A stretch of 64,000 nt of DNA. Origin: a virus. This document shows, in pieces, positions 1 through 10,399 of this stretch (positions within the stretch are counted from its first letter, which is position 1; every line of letters begins with the position of its first letter). The DNA lies in IMG/VR virus record IMGVR_UViG_3300013099_000017, positions 32,001 to 96,000 of that record. One strand, 5' to 3'. Under the pieces are notes generated by a model. The model made no database searches. It was not told where the DNA came from and saw nothing but the letters and a program-made list of their open reading frames with translations. The translations under genes were made by a program, and so were the position numbers.

Positions 1-1
1 A

Positions 2-202
2 ATTCATAATAATAATGCTTGTCGTGAAAATGGTATTGTAACTATTGATGGATATAGTAATTTTTATCCATATAAACAACCGGAACAAAGTTTTAAAAAT
101 GCTGGGTTTGATGTATTAATTTTCATCCCTTCACAGGATGAAGAAGATGGATTGATTACATGTGGAAATGCTATTCTTGGGGGTAGCAAATTAAAGATTT
201 AA
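2..202 (+). CDS. 3' end of hypothetical protein (truncated by window edge)
   Basis: Open frame from base 2 to TAA at 200-202, followed by RBS GGAG and the gp44 start. Confidence 0.5.
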   Translation: MHNNNACRENGIVTIDGYSNFYPYKQPEQSFKNAGFDVLIFIPSQDEEDGLITCGNAILGGSKLKI

Positions 203-226
203 AATAAATTATGGAGATTTAAAAAT

Positions 227-1174
227 ATGGATGTTGTAGAAAACCAATTTTTGTTTGTGGAAAAATATCGTCCACAAACAATTAAAGATGTAATTTTACC
301 AAAAAGATATAAATCAATTTTTAATGAAATTGTAAAGAAAGGCGATCACCAACATTTATTGTTATCGGGTGGAGCAGGTATTGGAAAAACGACAATCGCA
401 AAAGCATTATGTAATGAATTAAAATCTGATGTACTTGTAATTAATGCTTCTGAAAATGGAAATATTGATACATTAAGAATACCTATCAGGAATTTTGCTT
501 CAAGTGTATCAATAACAGCACGAAGAAAAGTTGTTATTTTGGATGAAGCTGATTATTTAAATGCACAATCTACACAACCTGCACTAAGAAGTTTCATGGA
601 AGAATTCGCAAGAAATTGCCGTTTTATATTAACATGCAATTATGTTAATCGTATCATAGAACCATTAAGATCAAGATGTTCTGTTATTGAATTCAATTTA
701 ACCAAACCAGAAAAATTAACTGTTGCCAAAGAATTTTTACATCGTACCGAAGAAATATTGAAATTGGAAGGTGTTGAATTTGATCGTCATGTAATTGGTA
801 ATATAATTAAACAACATAATCCCGATTTCAGAAAAATATTAAATGAAATCCAAAGTAATATTGTTGATGGAAAATTAAATCAAAAATTAACTAATACATT
901 ATCTGTTAATGATGTTGAAGATTTAACAGGTTGGTTAAAAAATAAAGAATTTAAATTATTGAGAGAATGGGTTGCTTTAAATAGTGATATTAGTTTGGTT
1001 GAATTAAATCACATGGTTTATAATAAACTTGATGTTATGTTGAAACCTCAATCAATTCCGGAAGCAATTATGATTATGAATGAATATCAATATAAGGTTG
1101 GGTTTGTTGCTGATCAGGAAATTAATACAATTGCGTTCTTTACAGAATTAATGATGTCGGTGGAATTTAAGTAA
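227..1174 (+). CDS. 44: Clamp loader AAA+ subunit (T4 gp44/RFC-like)
   Basis: EKYRPQ, Walker A GGAGIGKTT, Walker B VVILDEAD, SRC motif. Confidence 0.95.
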   Translation: MDVVENQFLFVEKYRPQTIKDVILPKRYKSIFNEIVKKGDHQHLLLSGGAGIGKTTIAKALCNELKSDVLVINASENGNIDTLRIPIRNFASSVSITARRKVVILDEADYLNAQSTQPALRSFMEEFARNCRFILTCNYVNRIIEPLRSRCSVIEFNLTKPEKLTVAKEFLHRTEEILKLEGVEFDRHVIGNIIKQHNPDFRKILNEIQSNIVDGKLNQKLTNTLSVNDVEDLTGWLKNKEFKLLREWVALNSDISLVELNHMVYNKLDVMLKPQSIPEAIMIMNEYQYKVGFVADQEINTIAFFTELMMSVEFK

Positions 1175-1476
1175 TGGATAGATTGAATCTAAATGTTCAC
1201 ATGGATATTATTGATAAACTTGTTCTTAACTTAGTGTCATGTAAGTTGAATGATGAACATACCAGAATAATGACAAGTTTTATGATTGAAAATTATTTGG
1301 ATCATAATGATATTTATGATTATATAGTTGTTTGTGATGAACGGAATAATTCACATATTGATAGTGGAATGTTAATATATGAGGTTATTATATATAATGA
1401 TGATACTAATCTGTATATATTCAGGCGTAAAGTTTATGATAAAAATGGTAAAGTTATAGTGGAGGTTATTGTATGA
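1174..1476 (+). CDS. Small protein resembling tail-sheath C-terminal domain (copy 1)
   Basis: LNDEHTR...YL...IYDYIVVCDERNN...IDSGML parallels gp18-family LNxxFTR...YL...IYxYRVVCDxTNNT..VIDRNEF. Confidence 0.65.
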   Translation: MDRLNLNVHMDIIDKLVLNLVSCKLNDEHTRIMTSFMIENYLDHNDIYDYIVVCDERNNSHIDSGMLIYEVIIYNDDTNLYIFRRKVYDKNGKVIVEVIV

Positions 1477-1772
1477 GTGATAATAGTAGATTTAGTAAAT
1501 TGTTGAAAATAGTTGATGATTGTCTTTATCATTATTATACTATACTGAATGATACCACCACCAGAACAGGTTTAAAATTGATATTAAATGAAAGTCTGGA
1601 AAAATTTATTCAAGGTGATGAATTTATTATAATATGTGATGAACGTATTAATACACCAGATGTAATTGATAATCATGAATTAAGATGTTTGGTGCATGTT
1701 TATGATCAAGGTGTAGAATATTTAATCCAACGTAAATTAACATCTATGGGGTGTTCTTATTATGAAGAATGA
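1473..1772 (+). CDS. Small protein resembling tail-sheath C-terminal domain (copy 2)
   Basis: LNDTTTR...FIIICDERINTPDVIDNHEL; paralog of 1174-1476. Confidence 0.65.
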   Translation: MSDNSRFSKLLKIVDDCLYHYYTILNDTTTRTGLKLILNESLEKFIQGDEFIIICDERINTPDVIDNHELRCLVHVYDQGVEYLIQRKLTSMGCSYYEE

Positions 1773-2163
1773 TGCATTTTATTATATTGGTTTAATTAAT
1801 ACAAAATCTGAAATGCCCGAAGATTCTGAAATTAAATTAAATTATCTTCCATTTTTAAGTAATCGTAATTTTAGTTATACTATTGATACTGTATTAATGG
1901 CTAATGAAATGAATCGTTTTCCAGATTGTAGCAAAGTGCTACAATTTAAATATTTGTTTCATGCAATTAAAAAACGAAAACGTTTTGCTAAGTGGACAAA
2001 ACCACAAAAACCTTCAATAGATTTTTTGATTGTTAAAAAGTATTATGGTTATAATAACAAAAATACAGAAATAGCAATGAAACTTTTAACCAAAGCACAA
2101 TTAAAAATCATTAAATCAAAAATGAATATTGGTGGTGATAAAAAAAGGAATTATGACGTATGA
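1762..2163 (+). CDS. 62: Clamp loader small subunit (T4 gp62-like)
   Basis: YLPFLSNRNFSY, LQFKYLFHAIKKRKRFAKW, KKYYGYN; position after gp44. Confidence 0.85.
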   Translation: MKNDAFYYIGLINTKSEMPEDSEIKLNYLPFLSNRNFSYTIDTVLMANEMNRFPDCSKVLQFKYLFHAIKKRKRFAKWTKPQKPSIDFLIVKKYYGYNNKNTEIAMKLLTKAQLKIIKSKMNIGGDKKRNYDV

Positions 2164-2420
2164 AATTATTCTCAAATAATGACTATTATATTTATTGTTC
2201 TTCCCCTACTTTATGGGATACTAAAGAAGCAGGGGTAACGGGAAAATGGCGTATTGGTAATGATGGTGATTTTTTTCAAATTGAAATTTGGTATACATCA
2301 ACAAGACAAAAATGGATCTTTTTTAAAGAAAAATATCGATCTACTATATGGGTTGATGAAGGTGATATTCGAGTAAAAGAATATAACTATTATCAGGTAT
2401 TTGATTGTAAAAACACATAA
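2160..2420 (+). CDS. Hypothetical protein
   Basis: ATGA overlap with gp62 stop. Confidence 0.6.
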   Translation: MKLFSNNDYYIYCSSPTLWDTKEAGVTGKWRIGNDGDFFQIEIWYTSTRQKWIFFKEKYRSTIWVDEGDIRVKEYNYYQVFDCKNT

Positions 2421-2467
2421 TTTAATTATCCTAAATATGAATATAATAATAATATTTAGGATAAATT

Positions 2468-2920
2468 ATGAGGCAATCAAAAGAAGTTGATCCATTTTTG
2501 GATATGGGATTATTAATTAAATTAAAAGAACATGATGATTTTTTAAAAATTAAAGAAACCTTAACAAGAATTGGATATGAAGAATCAAACGAAAGCAGTA
2601 TATCAACATTACACCAAGTTTGTTATATATTACACAAACGGGGTCAATATGCAATAATTCACCAAAATGAATTGTTGGTATTGGATGGTAAAGAAAATAA
2701 AATAACGGAAGATGATTTAGAATGTAGAAATACAATAGTTAAATTGTTAAATGAATGGAATTTATTGAAAGTTGATAATCCGGAACTATTGAACTATCTA
2801 AAATTCAAACCAACACATGAAATAAAATTTGTGTCTTTTAAAGATAAAAGCAATTGGAATCTTGAAAGCCACTATAACATTGGAACTAAAAAAGGAAGTG
2901 ATCGTAATGGAAATAGGTAA
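2468..2920 (+). CDS. regA: Translational repressor RegA
   Basis: DDFLKIKETLTRIG, LHQVCYILHKRGQYAIIH, W.L...Y.IG; T4 synteny. Confidence 0.9.
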   Translation: MRQSKEVDPFLDMGLLIKLKEHDDFLKIKETLTRIGYEESNESSISTLHQVCYILHKRGQYAIIHQNELLVLDGKENKITEDDLECRNTIVKLLNEWNLLKVDNPELLNYLKFKPTHEIKFVSFKDKSNWNLESHYNIGTKKGSDRNGNR

Positions 2921-3539
2921 TTTAACAGAAGGTACAACAAAAAGTAATAGCAAGAAACAGAGTAGAGTTTCCAGACCAAAATCAGCACCACCATCCCCCA
3001 CTCCCATAGAAAAATTACCTTCATTGGGTATCTTTGAAATGTTTGAAGATGTTAAATCTATGGAACGTGCTACCAAAAATTCAGCATGTTATGACATATC
3101 ATCATATTTACCCAAAGGTAAAGCAATTAATGTATGGAATTTGAATAATCGTAAACGTGATGTATATTGTAAAAATGTATCACATCTTGAAACGGAATGT
3201 ATTGTTCTTGAACCACAAGATCGTGCATTAATTCCAACTGGTGTTCAATTGGATATTCCATTAAATTATTCTTTTAGATTACATCCGAGAAGTGGATTAT
3301 CTTTAAAAGAAGGAATTAAACTTAACAATTCCGAAGGTATTATTGATAGTGATTATTATCAGCAAGTATATGTAAGTGTGTTTAATTCTTCCGGTGCAAG
3401 AGTTTATATTGAAAATGGTGATCGTATCGCTCAGGGTGAATTACAATTAAGTGTTGTACATACAACCCGAAAAATGCGTAAACCCCCACAACAAAAAACA
3501 GATCGTGTTGGTGGAATTGGTTCAACTGGTAAAAAATAA
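2907..3539 (+). CDS. dut: Trimeric dUTPase
   Basis: SACYDI, PRSGL, GIIDSDY, RVGGIGSTG; likely start ATG 2907 (RBS AAGGAAG) rather than 2829. Confidence 0.92.
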   Translation: MEIGNLTEGTTKSNSKKQSRVSRPKSAPPSPTPIEKLPSLGIFEMFEDVKSMERATKNSACYDISSYLPKGKAINVWNLNNRKRDVYCKNVSHLETECIVLEPQDRALIPTGVQLDIPLNYSFRLHPRSGLSLKEGIKLNNSEGIIDSDYYQQVYVSVFNSSGARVYIENGDRIAQGELQLSVVHTTRKMRKPPQQKTDRVGGIGSTGKK

Positions 3540-3586
3540 TATACCCACAATGGGATATATACAATATTATGTGTGTCTGCTATAAT
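3540..3586 (+). promoter_or_regulatory. Class A cassette, core in inverted orientation
   Basis: TATACCCACAATGGGATATATAC right after stop; TATACA(3558-63)-17bp-TATAAT(3581-86) with TG extension. Confidence 0.75.
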
Positions 3587-3790
3587 GACGGAAATGATGA
3601 ATGAAAAACGAAAATGTGTTGTATGTTTGAAAGAAATTAAAAATTTTCATTCAGATTCATATCATATAACAATGGTTTTAAATGGTAAATTTATTAATGA
3701 TGCACATTTATGTTGTTCATGTTATTTAGAAAGTTTAAGATGTAAAAAAATTCCAATGATGGAATGATCAATAAAATAAAGGATTATATA

Positions 3791-4078
3791 ATGAGTAATG
3801 AAGCTATTACACTTTCACCAAATGATTTGGTGAAAATTAATGCGTTGATTCGTGATGTTAGTGAAACTAAAACTAAAGTTGAACTTTTCAATGAAAGTAT
3901 GAAAAGTTCAAAAAAAGCAATGGTTGATACTATGAAAGAATCCGGTTTAACGGCAAGTCGTTTAAATATAATGATTGGGTTATATCATAATAACACACAG
4001 GAAGAATATTTTAACGAACAATCAGACATTGAAACATTAATGGAAAATACTTTTCCAGACAAACAAGGAAGTGAATAA
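3791..4078 (+). CDS. dsbA: dsDNA-binding protein, T4 DsbA-like
   Basis: LNIMIGLYHNNTQEEYFNEQSDIETLMENTF resembles T4 DsbA C-terminus FNRLLALYHKDNRDVFEAETEEVVELYDTVF. Confidence 0.65.
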   Translation: MSNEAITLSPNDLVKINALIRDVSETKTKVELFNESMKSSKKAMVDTMKESGLTASRLNIMIGLYHNNTQEEYFNEQSDIETLMENTFPDKQGSE

Positions 4079-4398
4079 TGCAAGACAAGATAGAAACAAA
4101 TAAGTTATATTTGTTGGTATTAAAAACGGGTGAAAATTTATTAGCAACAATTACAGAAACAGATGGTGAATACATTTTTTGTGAAAATTTAGTTGCGTTT
4201 ATGCCTGATCAACAAGGTAAATTACTTACAATTCCATATTTACCATTCAGCTTAGAAGATAACTGCGAATTTAATGCAACTGATGATATTCGTCATATGT
4301 TGACTCCAAATGCAAAATTAACTGAATATTACAATACAACATTCAGTAAAATTATCATGCCTGATAATAATTTAATGAAACCAACGTTATTGCCTTAA
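4078..4398 (+). CDS. Conserved T4-like hypothetical protein (possible Sm-like fold)
   Basis: LVLKTGENLLA...PYLPFS pattern typical of small ORFs near gp43. Confidence 0.5.
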   Translation: MQDKIETNKLYLLVLKTGENLLATITETDGEYIFCENLVAFMPDQQGKLLTIPYLPFSLEDNCEFNATDDIRHMLTPNAKLTEYYNTTFSKIIMPDNNLMKPTLLP

Positions 4399-4404
4399 TA
4401 ATTG

Positions 4405-4437
4405 GATATACTCAGTTTTGTTGTAACTGAGTATATC
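4405..4437. repeat. 13-bp perfect inverted repeat (hairpin or terminator)
   Basis: GATATACTCAGTT-TTGTTGT-AACTGAGTATATC. Confidence 0.85.
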
Positions 4438-4456
4438 ATTATAACGTAATTTGAGC

Positions 4457-4485
4457 TTGCAATTTACCCAATTGTTTGCTATAAT
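4457..4485 (+). promoter_or_regulatory. Sigma70-type promoter upstream of the gp43 transcription unit
   Basis: TTGCAA-17bp-TATAAT with TG extension. Confidence 0.7.
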
Positions 4486-4511
4486 GTTTGAAATTTAAGG
4501 AAAAATATATC

Positions 4512-4868
4512 ATGAGTAAAAAGCAAAGTATAACTGAACGGATTCGAGATTATTATTGTTCATGGGATAATAAAAATGAATGGTTGGTTGAAAAGGGAAA
4601 GGTTAAAGAAGGACGTTTATTAAAAGAAGCATGTCTTGAAATTGAACGTCTTGAAGAATCTTATAATAAATTGAACGTAATTTATTATGACTTATACAGT
4701 AAAGATAGGTTTGATCGTGATAAACTAATTCAACCATATCAAGATAAGATTTATAAATTACATCATAAACTTCAAAACATATCTGAATATATTAAAAGTA
4801 TAGAATTTAAAAACAAAGATACTGCAAACATTATTCAATCAATGAAAAATACAATTGAGAAAAAATAA
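4512..4868 (+). CDS. Hypothetical coiled-coil protein
   Basis: ATG 4512 with RBS AAGGA, in ORF 4488-4868. Confidence 0.6.
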   Translation: MSKKQSITERIRDYYCSWDNKNEWLVEKGKVKEGRLLKEACLEIERLEESYNKLNVIYYDLYSKDRFDRDKLIQPYQDKIYKLHHKLQNISEYIKSIEFKNKDTANIIQSMKNTIEKK

Positions 4869-4895
4869 AATTAATTAATAATTTAAGGATAAATT

Positions 4896-7457
4896 ATGTT
4901 TTATACAAACATTTCTCAAATGGGAAATAAATTTCTACATAGATATGTAGATGGAAGCGGTCATAAATATTCAAGATTTATAGATCATACTCCAAGTGTT
5001 TTTGTTCCATCAAATGAAGTTTCGGAATTTCAGGGCGTTAAGGGTGAAAACCTCAAAGAAGTATCGTTTGATAAAGTTGTAGATGCCAAAGAATATATAA
5101 AAACATATAAAAGTGTTTTGGAAATTCATGGACAATTACAATGGCGTTTATCATGTATTCAAAATCTATATCCAAATGATGTCAGTTTTGATATTAATAA
5201 AATTATAATTGCTACTATTGATATTGAAAATTTAATTGGTGATGAAGGATTTACAAAACCAGAAGAAGCGTTACAACCAATAACATCTATCACGGTTGGC
5301 GTTAGACATAATGGAACTAAACATTATTATGCTTTTTCTTGTATTGATTATATTGTTAAAGATGATGATGTTACCCATAAACAATGTGAAGATGAAGAAG
5401 ATTTGTTATTGAAGTTTCTTGATTTTTGGAAACGATTAGAACCTGATGTATTATCAGGTTGGAATTGTGCAGGATATGATGTACCATATATAATTAATCG
5501 TATATCAAACGTTTTAGGTGAACAATTTATTGGACTTATGGCTCCAAGTGCTTATAAACATAATAAAAGATATGCCGTATCATCAAGAACAACACCAGAG
5601 GGTGAAGTTATTTGGTCATTGGCAGGTATATCTATTATGGATTATATGTTGATGTATAAAAAATTCACATTTAAAACAAGAGAAAGATATTCTTTAGATT
5701 ATATTGCTTATATTGAATTAGGTGATAAAAAAATTGATTATTCTGAGCATGGAAATCTTGATGATTTGTTAAGAAATGATCCACAAACATATGTATCATA
5801 TAACATCAAGGACGTTAAATTAATTGATCGTCTTGATGATAAACTTAATATGTTTATGCTTACAACAAGTTTGGCATATATGACACACATTAATTATGAT
5901 GATGTATTTTCACAAGTACGATTATGGGATCAATTTATCTATGTTGAAATGATGAAAGATAAAATTGTTGTACAACCAAAAAAGGATTTTTCAAAGTCTG
6001 AAAAATATGAAGGTGCTGTTGTATTTGAACCTAAAATTGGAATGTTTGATTGGATTGTAAGTTTTGATTTAGATGGACTATATCCACATATCATGATGCA
6101 AAATAATATCAGTATTGAAAAATTAGTTGAATTTGATGATATTTCTCATGATCTGGATATTACACAATATTGGGATGAATATAGTGGCAAAATTGAATTG
6201 GGTATGAGTGTTGATGATTTTGTATCTGCTAAAGAGATACCAATAAAAAAATCATTATTATATCATAATTTAGCATTATCTGCTAATGGTTCGATGTATA
6301 AAAAAGATGAAGATGGTGTTATTCCAATAATGCTTAAACAATTATATCTTAAACGAAAAGTATTCAAAAAAGCCATGTTGGAAGCGGAACAAAAATCATT
6401 AGATTGTGATGATCCAGAAGAAAAAGCCTACTGGAAAAATGAACAATCAAAAAATAAAGTTATGCAAATGGCAATTAAGGTTTGTCTTAATTCATGTTAT
6501 GGAATGATAGGTAATGAGTATTCAAGATTTTATGATGTACGAATTGCAGAAGGTATTACAATGTTTGGACAGTTGGCTATTCGATGGGTATCGGAACGTG
6601 TCAACAATGAATTAAATAGAATTCTAAAAACAGATAATGTTGATTTTATTATTGCAGGTGATACAGATTCATTTTATTTCACATTAAAACCATTAGTTGA
6701 TAAACACTTTCCAGATAAAACACTTGATGAAAAAGTTGAATTGATTGATAAATTTGCTGAAAGATATGTTCAACCAATTATTCATAAAGCATATGATGAT
6801 TTGAAAGAATATATGAATTCATATGAACAAAAAATGAATATGTCAAGAGAAATTATTGCAAGCCGTGGATTTTGGAGAGCAAAGAAAAACTATGCATTAT
6901 TAATTCATAACTCAGAAGGTGTTGCTTATGATACACCAAAATTGAAAATTATGGGTTTAGAATCAGTTAGATCATCAACACCGGAAATATGCCGTAATGC
7001 TATTGAAGAAAGTGTTAAAATTATTTTAACTAAAAATGAAGCTGAATTGCAAACATATGTAAAAGATTTTGAAACCAAATTTAAAGGTTCCCCCATTATT
7101 GATATATCATTTCCAAGAGGTATTAATGATATTAAAAAGTGGACATGTCCATCTGGTTTTTTTAGTAGAACACCAATACATGTTAAGGGATCATTGACAT
7201 ACAATCGTATCATTGAAAGTCGTGATTTAAAAATGACTCCGATTAGAAATGGTAATAAAATTAAATTTATGTATTTAAAAGATCCAAATCCTGCTCATTG
7301 TAATGTAATATCATATCCAGATTACTTACCTGATGAATTTGGTTTAAATGAATATGTTGATTATCATACTCAATATATTAAAGCATATAAAAATCCAATT
7401 GATTCAATTTGTGATTGTATTGGATGGGAATCAACTAAAATAAGGAAATTATTCTAA
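4896..7457 (+). CDS. 43: Family B DNA polymerase (gp43)
   Basis: ExoI DIE, ExoII GWNCAGYDVPYI, ExoIII YNIKD, SFDLDGLYP, KVCLNSCYG, GDTDS. Confidence 0.97.
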   Translation: MFYTNISQMGNKFLHRYVDGSGHKYSRFIDHTPSVFVPSNEVSEFQGVKGENLKEVSFDKVVDAKEYIKTYKSVLEIHGQLQWRLSCIQNLYPNDVSFDINKIIIATIDIENLIGDEGFTKPEEALQPITSITVGVRHNGTKHYYAFSCIDYIVKDDDVTHKQCEDEEDLLLKFLDFWKRLEPDVLSGWNCAGYDVPYIINRISNVLGEQFIGLMAPSAYKHNKRYAVSSRTTPEGEVIWSLAGISIMDYMLMYKKFTFKTRERYSLDYIAYIELGDKKIDYSEHGNLDDLLRNDPQTYVSYNIKDVKLIDRLDDKLNMFMLTTSLAYMTHINYDDVFSQVRLWDQFIYVEMMKDKIVVQPKKDFSKSEKYEGAVVFEPKIGMFDWIVSFDLDGLYPHIMMQNNISIEKLVEFDDISHDLDITQYWDEYSGKIELGMSVDDFVSAKEIPIKKSLLYHNLALSANGSMYKKDEDGVIPIMLKQLYLKRKVFKKAMLEAEQKSLDCDDPEEKAYWKNEQSKNKVMQMAIKVCLNSCYGMIGNEYSRFYDVRIAEGITMFGQLAIRWVSERVNNELNRILKTDNVDFIIAGDTDSFYFTLKPLVDKHFPDKTLDEKVELIDKFAERYVQPIIHKAYDDLKEYMNSYEQKMNMSREIIASRGFWRAKKNYALLIHNSEGVAYDTPKLKIMGLESVRSSTPEICRNAIEESVKIILTKNEAELQTYVKDFETKFKGSPIIDISFPRGINDIKKWTCPSGFFSRTPIHVKGSLTYNRIIESRDLKMTPIRNGNKIKFMYLKDPNPAHCNVISYPDYLPDEFGLNEYVDYHTQYIKAYKNPIDSICDCIGWESTKIRKLF

Positions 7458-8456
7458 TGAATATGAGTATAAGTAATGTGGATGATCCATATTTAAGAAA
7501 ATATGAAGTTGAAGTTGGTAGGGTTTATTTTGTAAGATTACCGGAAGATAAACCAAATGGTAAATTAACTAAAGTTAGAGTTAATGATATAACTGATACT
7601 TCAATTGTATTGAATAAGAATTGGGATGGTAAAGCAAGATGGAATATAATTGAAAATTATGAATATTCAAAAATTGATGTATTGGAAAAAATAAAAGATT
7701 TTTCAGATATAGCAAAGGATATACAACTTATGATGGGTAGGTAATGAATAAATTACTCAAAAAAGAATATGATAAAGTTCCTGATTTTGTAAAAGAGAAT
7801 TTAGCAGAGGCTATTAATTGGGCTATGTTGGCACTTACCATACATGAAGGTGCTGGACACAATATTAATGTAACCGGAAATTCTGATAATCAGGTATGTT
7901 GTTGTTTTGATAAATCATCATGGAAAGCAGATCATTGTGGTGATTATATGGATACTGCAAGTGAAGCAGTCGTTTTAGCAGTATGTGAATATTTAATTGG
8001 AGAATAAATAATGAAAAGTGAAAAACAGTGGTTACTTGAAAAACAAGAAGAATGGAATATAAAGAAAGATCTAAAAATTTCAGAACTTGAACAAGAAATA
8101 TTAGAATTAAAAAAGAATTTAAAACAACATGAATGTGCTACTGATGCAATAACTCCGTGGTTGACATCTTCAATGAACGATATTTATTCTACATATCGAG
8201 AAGCGTATTTTGATTGTTTTGATGGGGATAAATTATGAAAGTTGAAGATTGTTTGATTGAAGATTTAGAAAATCTTATTGATGTTGTCGAAATTATAAAA
8301 CAGGAAGGATCGTTGGCATTTGTTGTTAATTCAATATCGTTGGTCGATGGTGCTCCCGTTGAAAGGAAATTAACAGGATATGATTTATTAACTGAATACC
8401 ATGCCTCTATAATGGATAGAGTTGGCATTGTATTAAGTAATAATGGTTGTGTTTGA
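7457..8456 (+). other. Four small hypothetical ORFs (7457-7744, 7744-8007, 8011-8238, 8235-8456)
   Basis: Tightly coupled start/stop overlaps. Confidence 0.6.
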
Positions 8457-8479
8457 TAAAAAATTAAAAAGGAATTTAA

Positions 8480-9481
8480 ATGAATGAGTTAATGAAAAAA
8501 GTATTTAAAAATACATCAAATCCATATGTTGATACATTGGAAAAGTCTGAATTATTGGATAAAAGTGATCCGATTGTAACAGAAATACCTGCATTAAATT
8601 TAATTTTATCAGGTGAAGTTGATGGTGGATTTAATTGTGGTATCACTACAATTGCAGGGGAATCTAAAAACTTTAAAACATTGTTTGGTTTGAATATGTG
8701 TAAAGCATTTTTAGATAAAAATCCAAAAGGCATTTTAGTCTTTTTTGATTCTGAATTTGGATCACCAAGATCATATTTTAATTTCTTTGGTAAAAGTGGT
8801 ACGGAACGTGTTATACATTTCCCTGTTGCAACTGTTGAAGAATTAAGAACCGAAATGTTAAATCAAATAGAAGGGTTTGATCGTGATGATAAAGTTATGT
8901 TCATGGTGGATTCTATTGGTAATCTTGCTTCAATTAAAGAAACTGAGGATAGTTTAGATGGTAAAACTACTGTTGATATGACAAGAGCTAAAATGATTAA
9001 ATCCCTGTTTAGATTGATTACTGCACGATTAATAATTAAAGATATTCCATTGGTTGTAGTTGGACACACATATCAAACGTTAGAAATGTTTTCTAAACAA
9101 GTTCTTGGTGGTGGTACTGGTACAATTTATGCAAGTGATACTATTATATTTGTTGGTAAGCAACAAGATAAAGATGGTAAAGAATTGCTTGGTTATAACT
9201 TTATATTAAAGTCTGAAAAATCCCGTTTTGTTCGTGAAAAAATGGCTATTCCTGTTAATGTTAAATATGTTGGTGGTATATATAAATATTCCGGTATGTT
9301 TGAACTTGCTGTTAAATATGAGATAATTTTAAATCCTACTAAGGGTTGGTATGAGTATAACGGCAAAAAATTAAGACGTAAAGAAGTTGAAGCTGATGAT
9401 GAAATGATGAAAGAAATTGTATCTAATGAAAAATTTAGACAATTGGTTCAAAGTGAATATCAATTGGATGATGTGTTATAA
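8480..9481 (+). CDS. uvsX: RecA-like recombinase UvsX
   Basis: AGESKNFKT, FFDSEFG, VDSIGNLAS, DMTRAK, GGGTG. Confidence 0.95.
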   Translation: MNELMKKVFKNTSNPYVDTLEKSELLDKSDPIVTEIPALNLILSGEVDGGFNCGITTIAGESKNFKTLFGLNMCKAFLDKNPKGILVFFDSEFGSPRSYFNFFGKSGTERVIHFPVATVEELRTEMLNQIEGFDRDDKVMFMVDSIGNLASIKETEDSLDGKTTVDMTRAKMIKSLFRLITARLIIKDIPLVVVGHTYQTLEMFSKQVLGGGTGTIYASDTIIFVGKQQDKDGKELLGYNFILKSEKSRFVREKMAIPVNVKYVGGIYKYSGMFELAVKYEIILNPTKGWYEYNGKKLRRKEVEADDEMMKEIVSNEKFRQLVQSEYQLDDVL

Positions 9482-9506
9482 TATTACTTGACATGATATC
9501 AAATTC

Positions 9507-10399
9507 ATGTTAATATGGTTAAAATCAAAAATCAAGGTGAATGATGTGAATAAAGATTGGATAGAATTTGATGGTAATAATTGGGCTGATGTTTTGCGTT
9601 TTCTTGTCAGTCATAATGAATATGGAGAATATATAAAACAGTTAGATGGTGATGAAATTATATCTTTTATTTCTAAATTATCGGCTGATATTAATGCTGT
9701 TGCAGGTGATGTGATTTCAATGAAAGATGGTGAAATGGAAATATTTTCTGCCGAAGAATGGAAACTGTACAGCAAACCAACAGATGTAAGTGAAGTTGAA
9801 CGATTATTGAATATTTTACGTGGTAATGTTCTTCCCGATGCTTATATCTTTGAAATGATTACAGCTATTTCAGATGATACTTTGTTTATTGAGCCAGTAA
9901 AATTTACAGATTGGCATAAAATTAATGGCATTTTTTGCAAAATTACAACAAATGAAACAACTAACAGCTATGAGGTAAATACAGTATGATGGTTAAATCA
10001 ATGAAATATAATGGTGAAAATTGGGAAGATATTCTATACTTCTTAAAAGGTGTCGGTGAATATCGAACTGTATTAGAATCGGATGGTGATACATTTGAAT
10101 CTTCTATGTATGTATATTTATCGGATGGTGAAGCAACAATACTTAATGTTAATGATTATGTTGCATATGTTGATGATGATATTGTAATATTTAGTGAACG
10201 TGATTGGATACGTTTCAATAGACCATCATATCTTATTGAATATGAACGGGTATTGAATCTTGTTTTTCCTGCAAGCGAAATTGGAACTAATGTTTTTGAA
10301 CTTGTTGGAGAAATAACAGGTTATGACGTTAAACCATATGGTAATCGTTGTGTTTGGATTTTAGGTGATCGAGTATTTGAGGTAAAAGCCAATGACTAA
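9507..10399 (+). CDS. Tandem paralogous hypothetical pair (9507-9989, 9986-10399)
   Basis: FDGNNWADVLRFL / YNGENWEDILYFL; EVERLLNIL / EYERVLNLV. Confidence 0.55.

Noticed and set aside
2829-2906. Long N-terminal starts in the ORF track (2829, 4488, 11627, 13676, 16086, 18614, 40922, 42533, 57404, and 60355 on minus)
   Set aside because: They overlap upstream genes or promoter cassettes; downstream ATGs with proper RBS are more plausible.
4896-9481. Introns or inteins in gp43 or uvsX
   Set aside because: Both ORFs are continuous, of normal length, and show no intein or intron signatures.
9488-9516. TTGACA-17-TAATAT promoter after uvsX
   Set aside because: It overlaps the annotated start of ORF 9507 and the true start is unclear; plausible but not supported enough to list.
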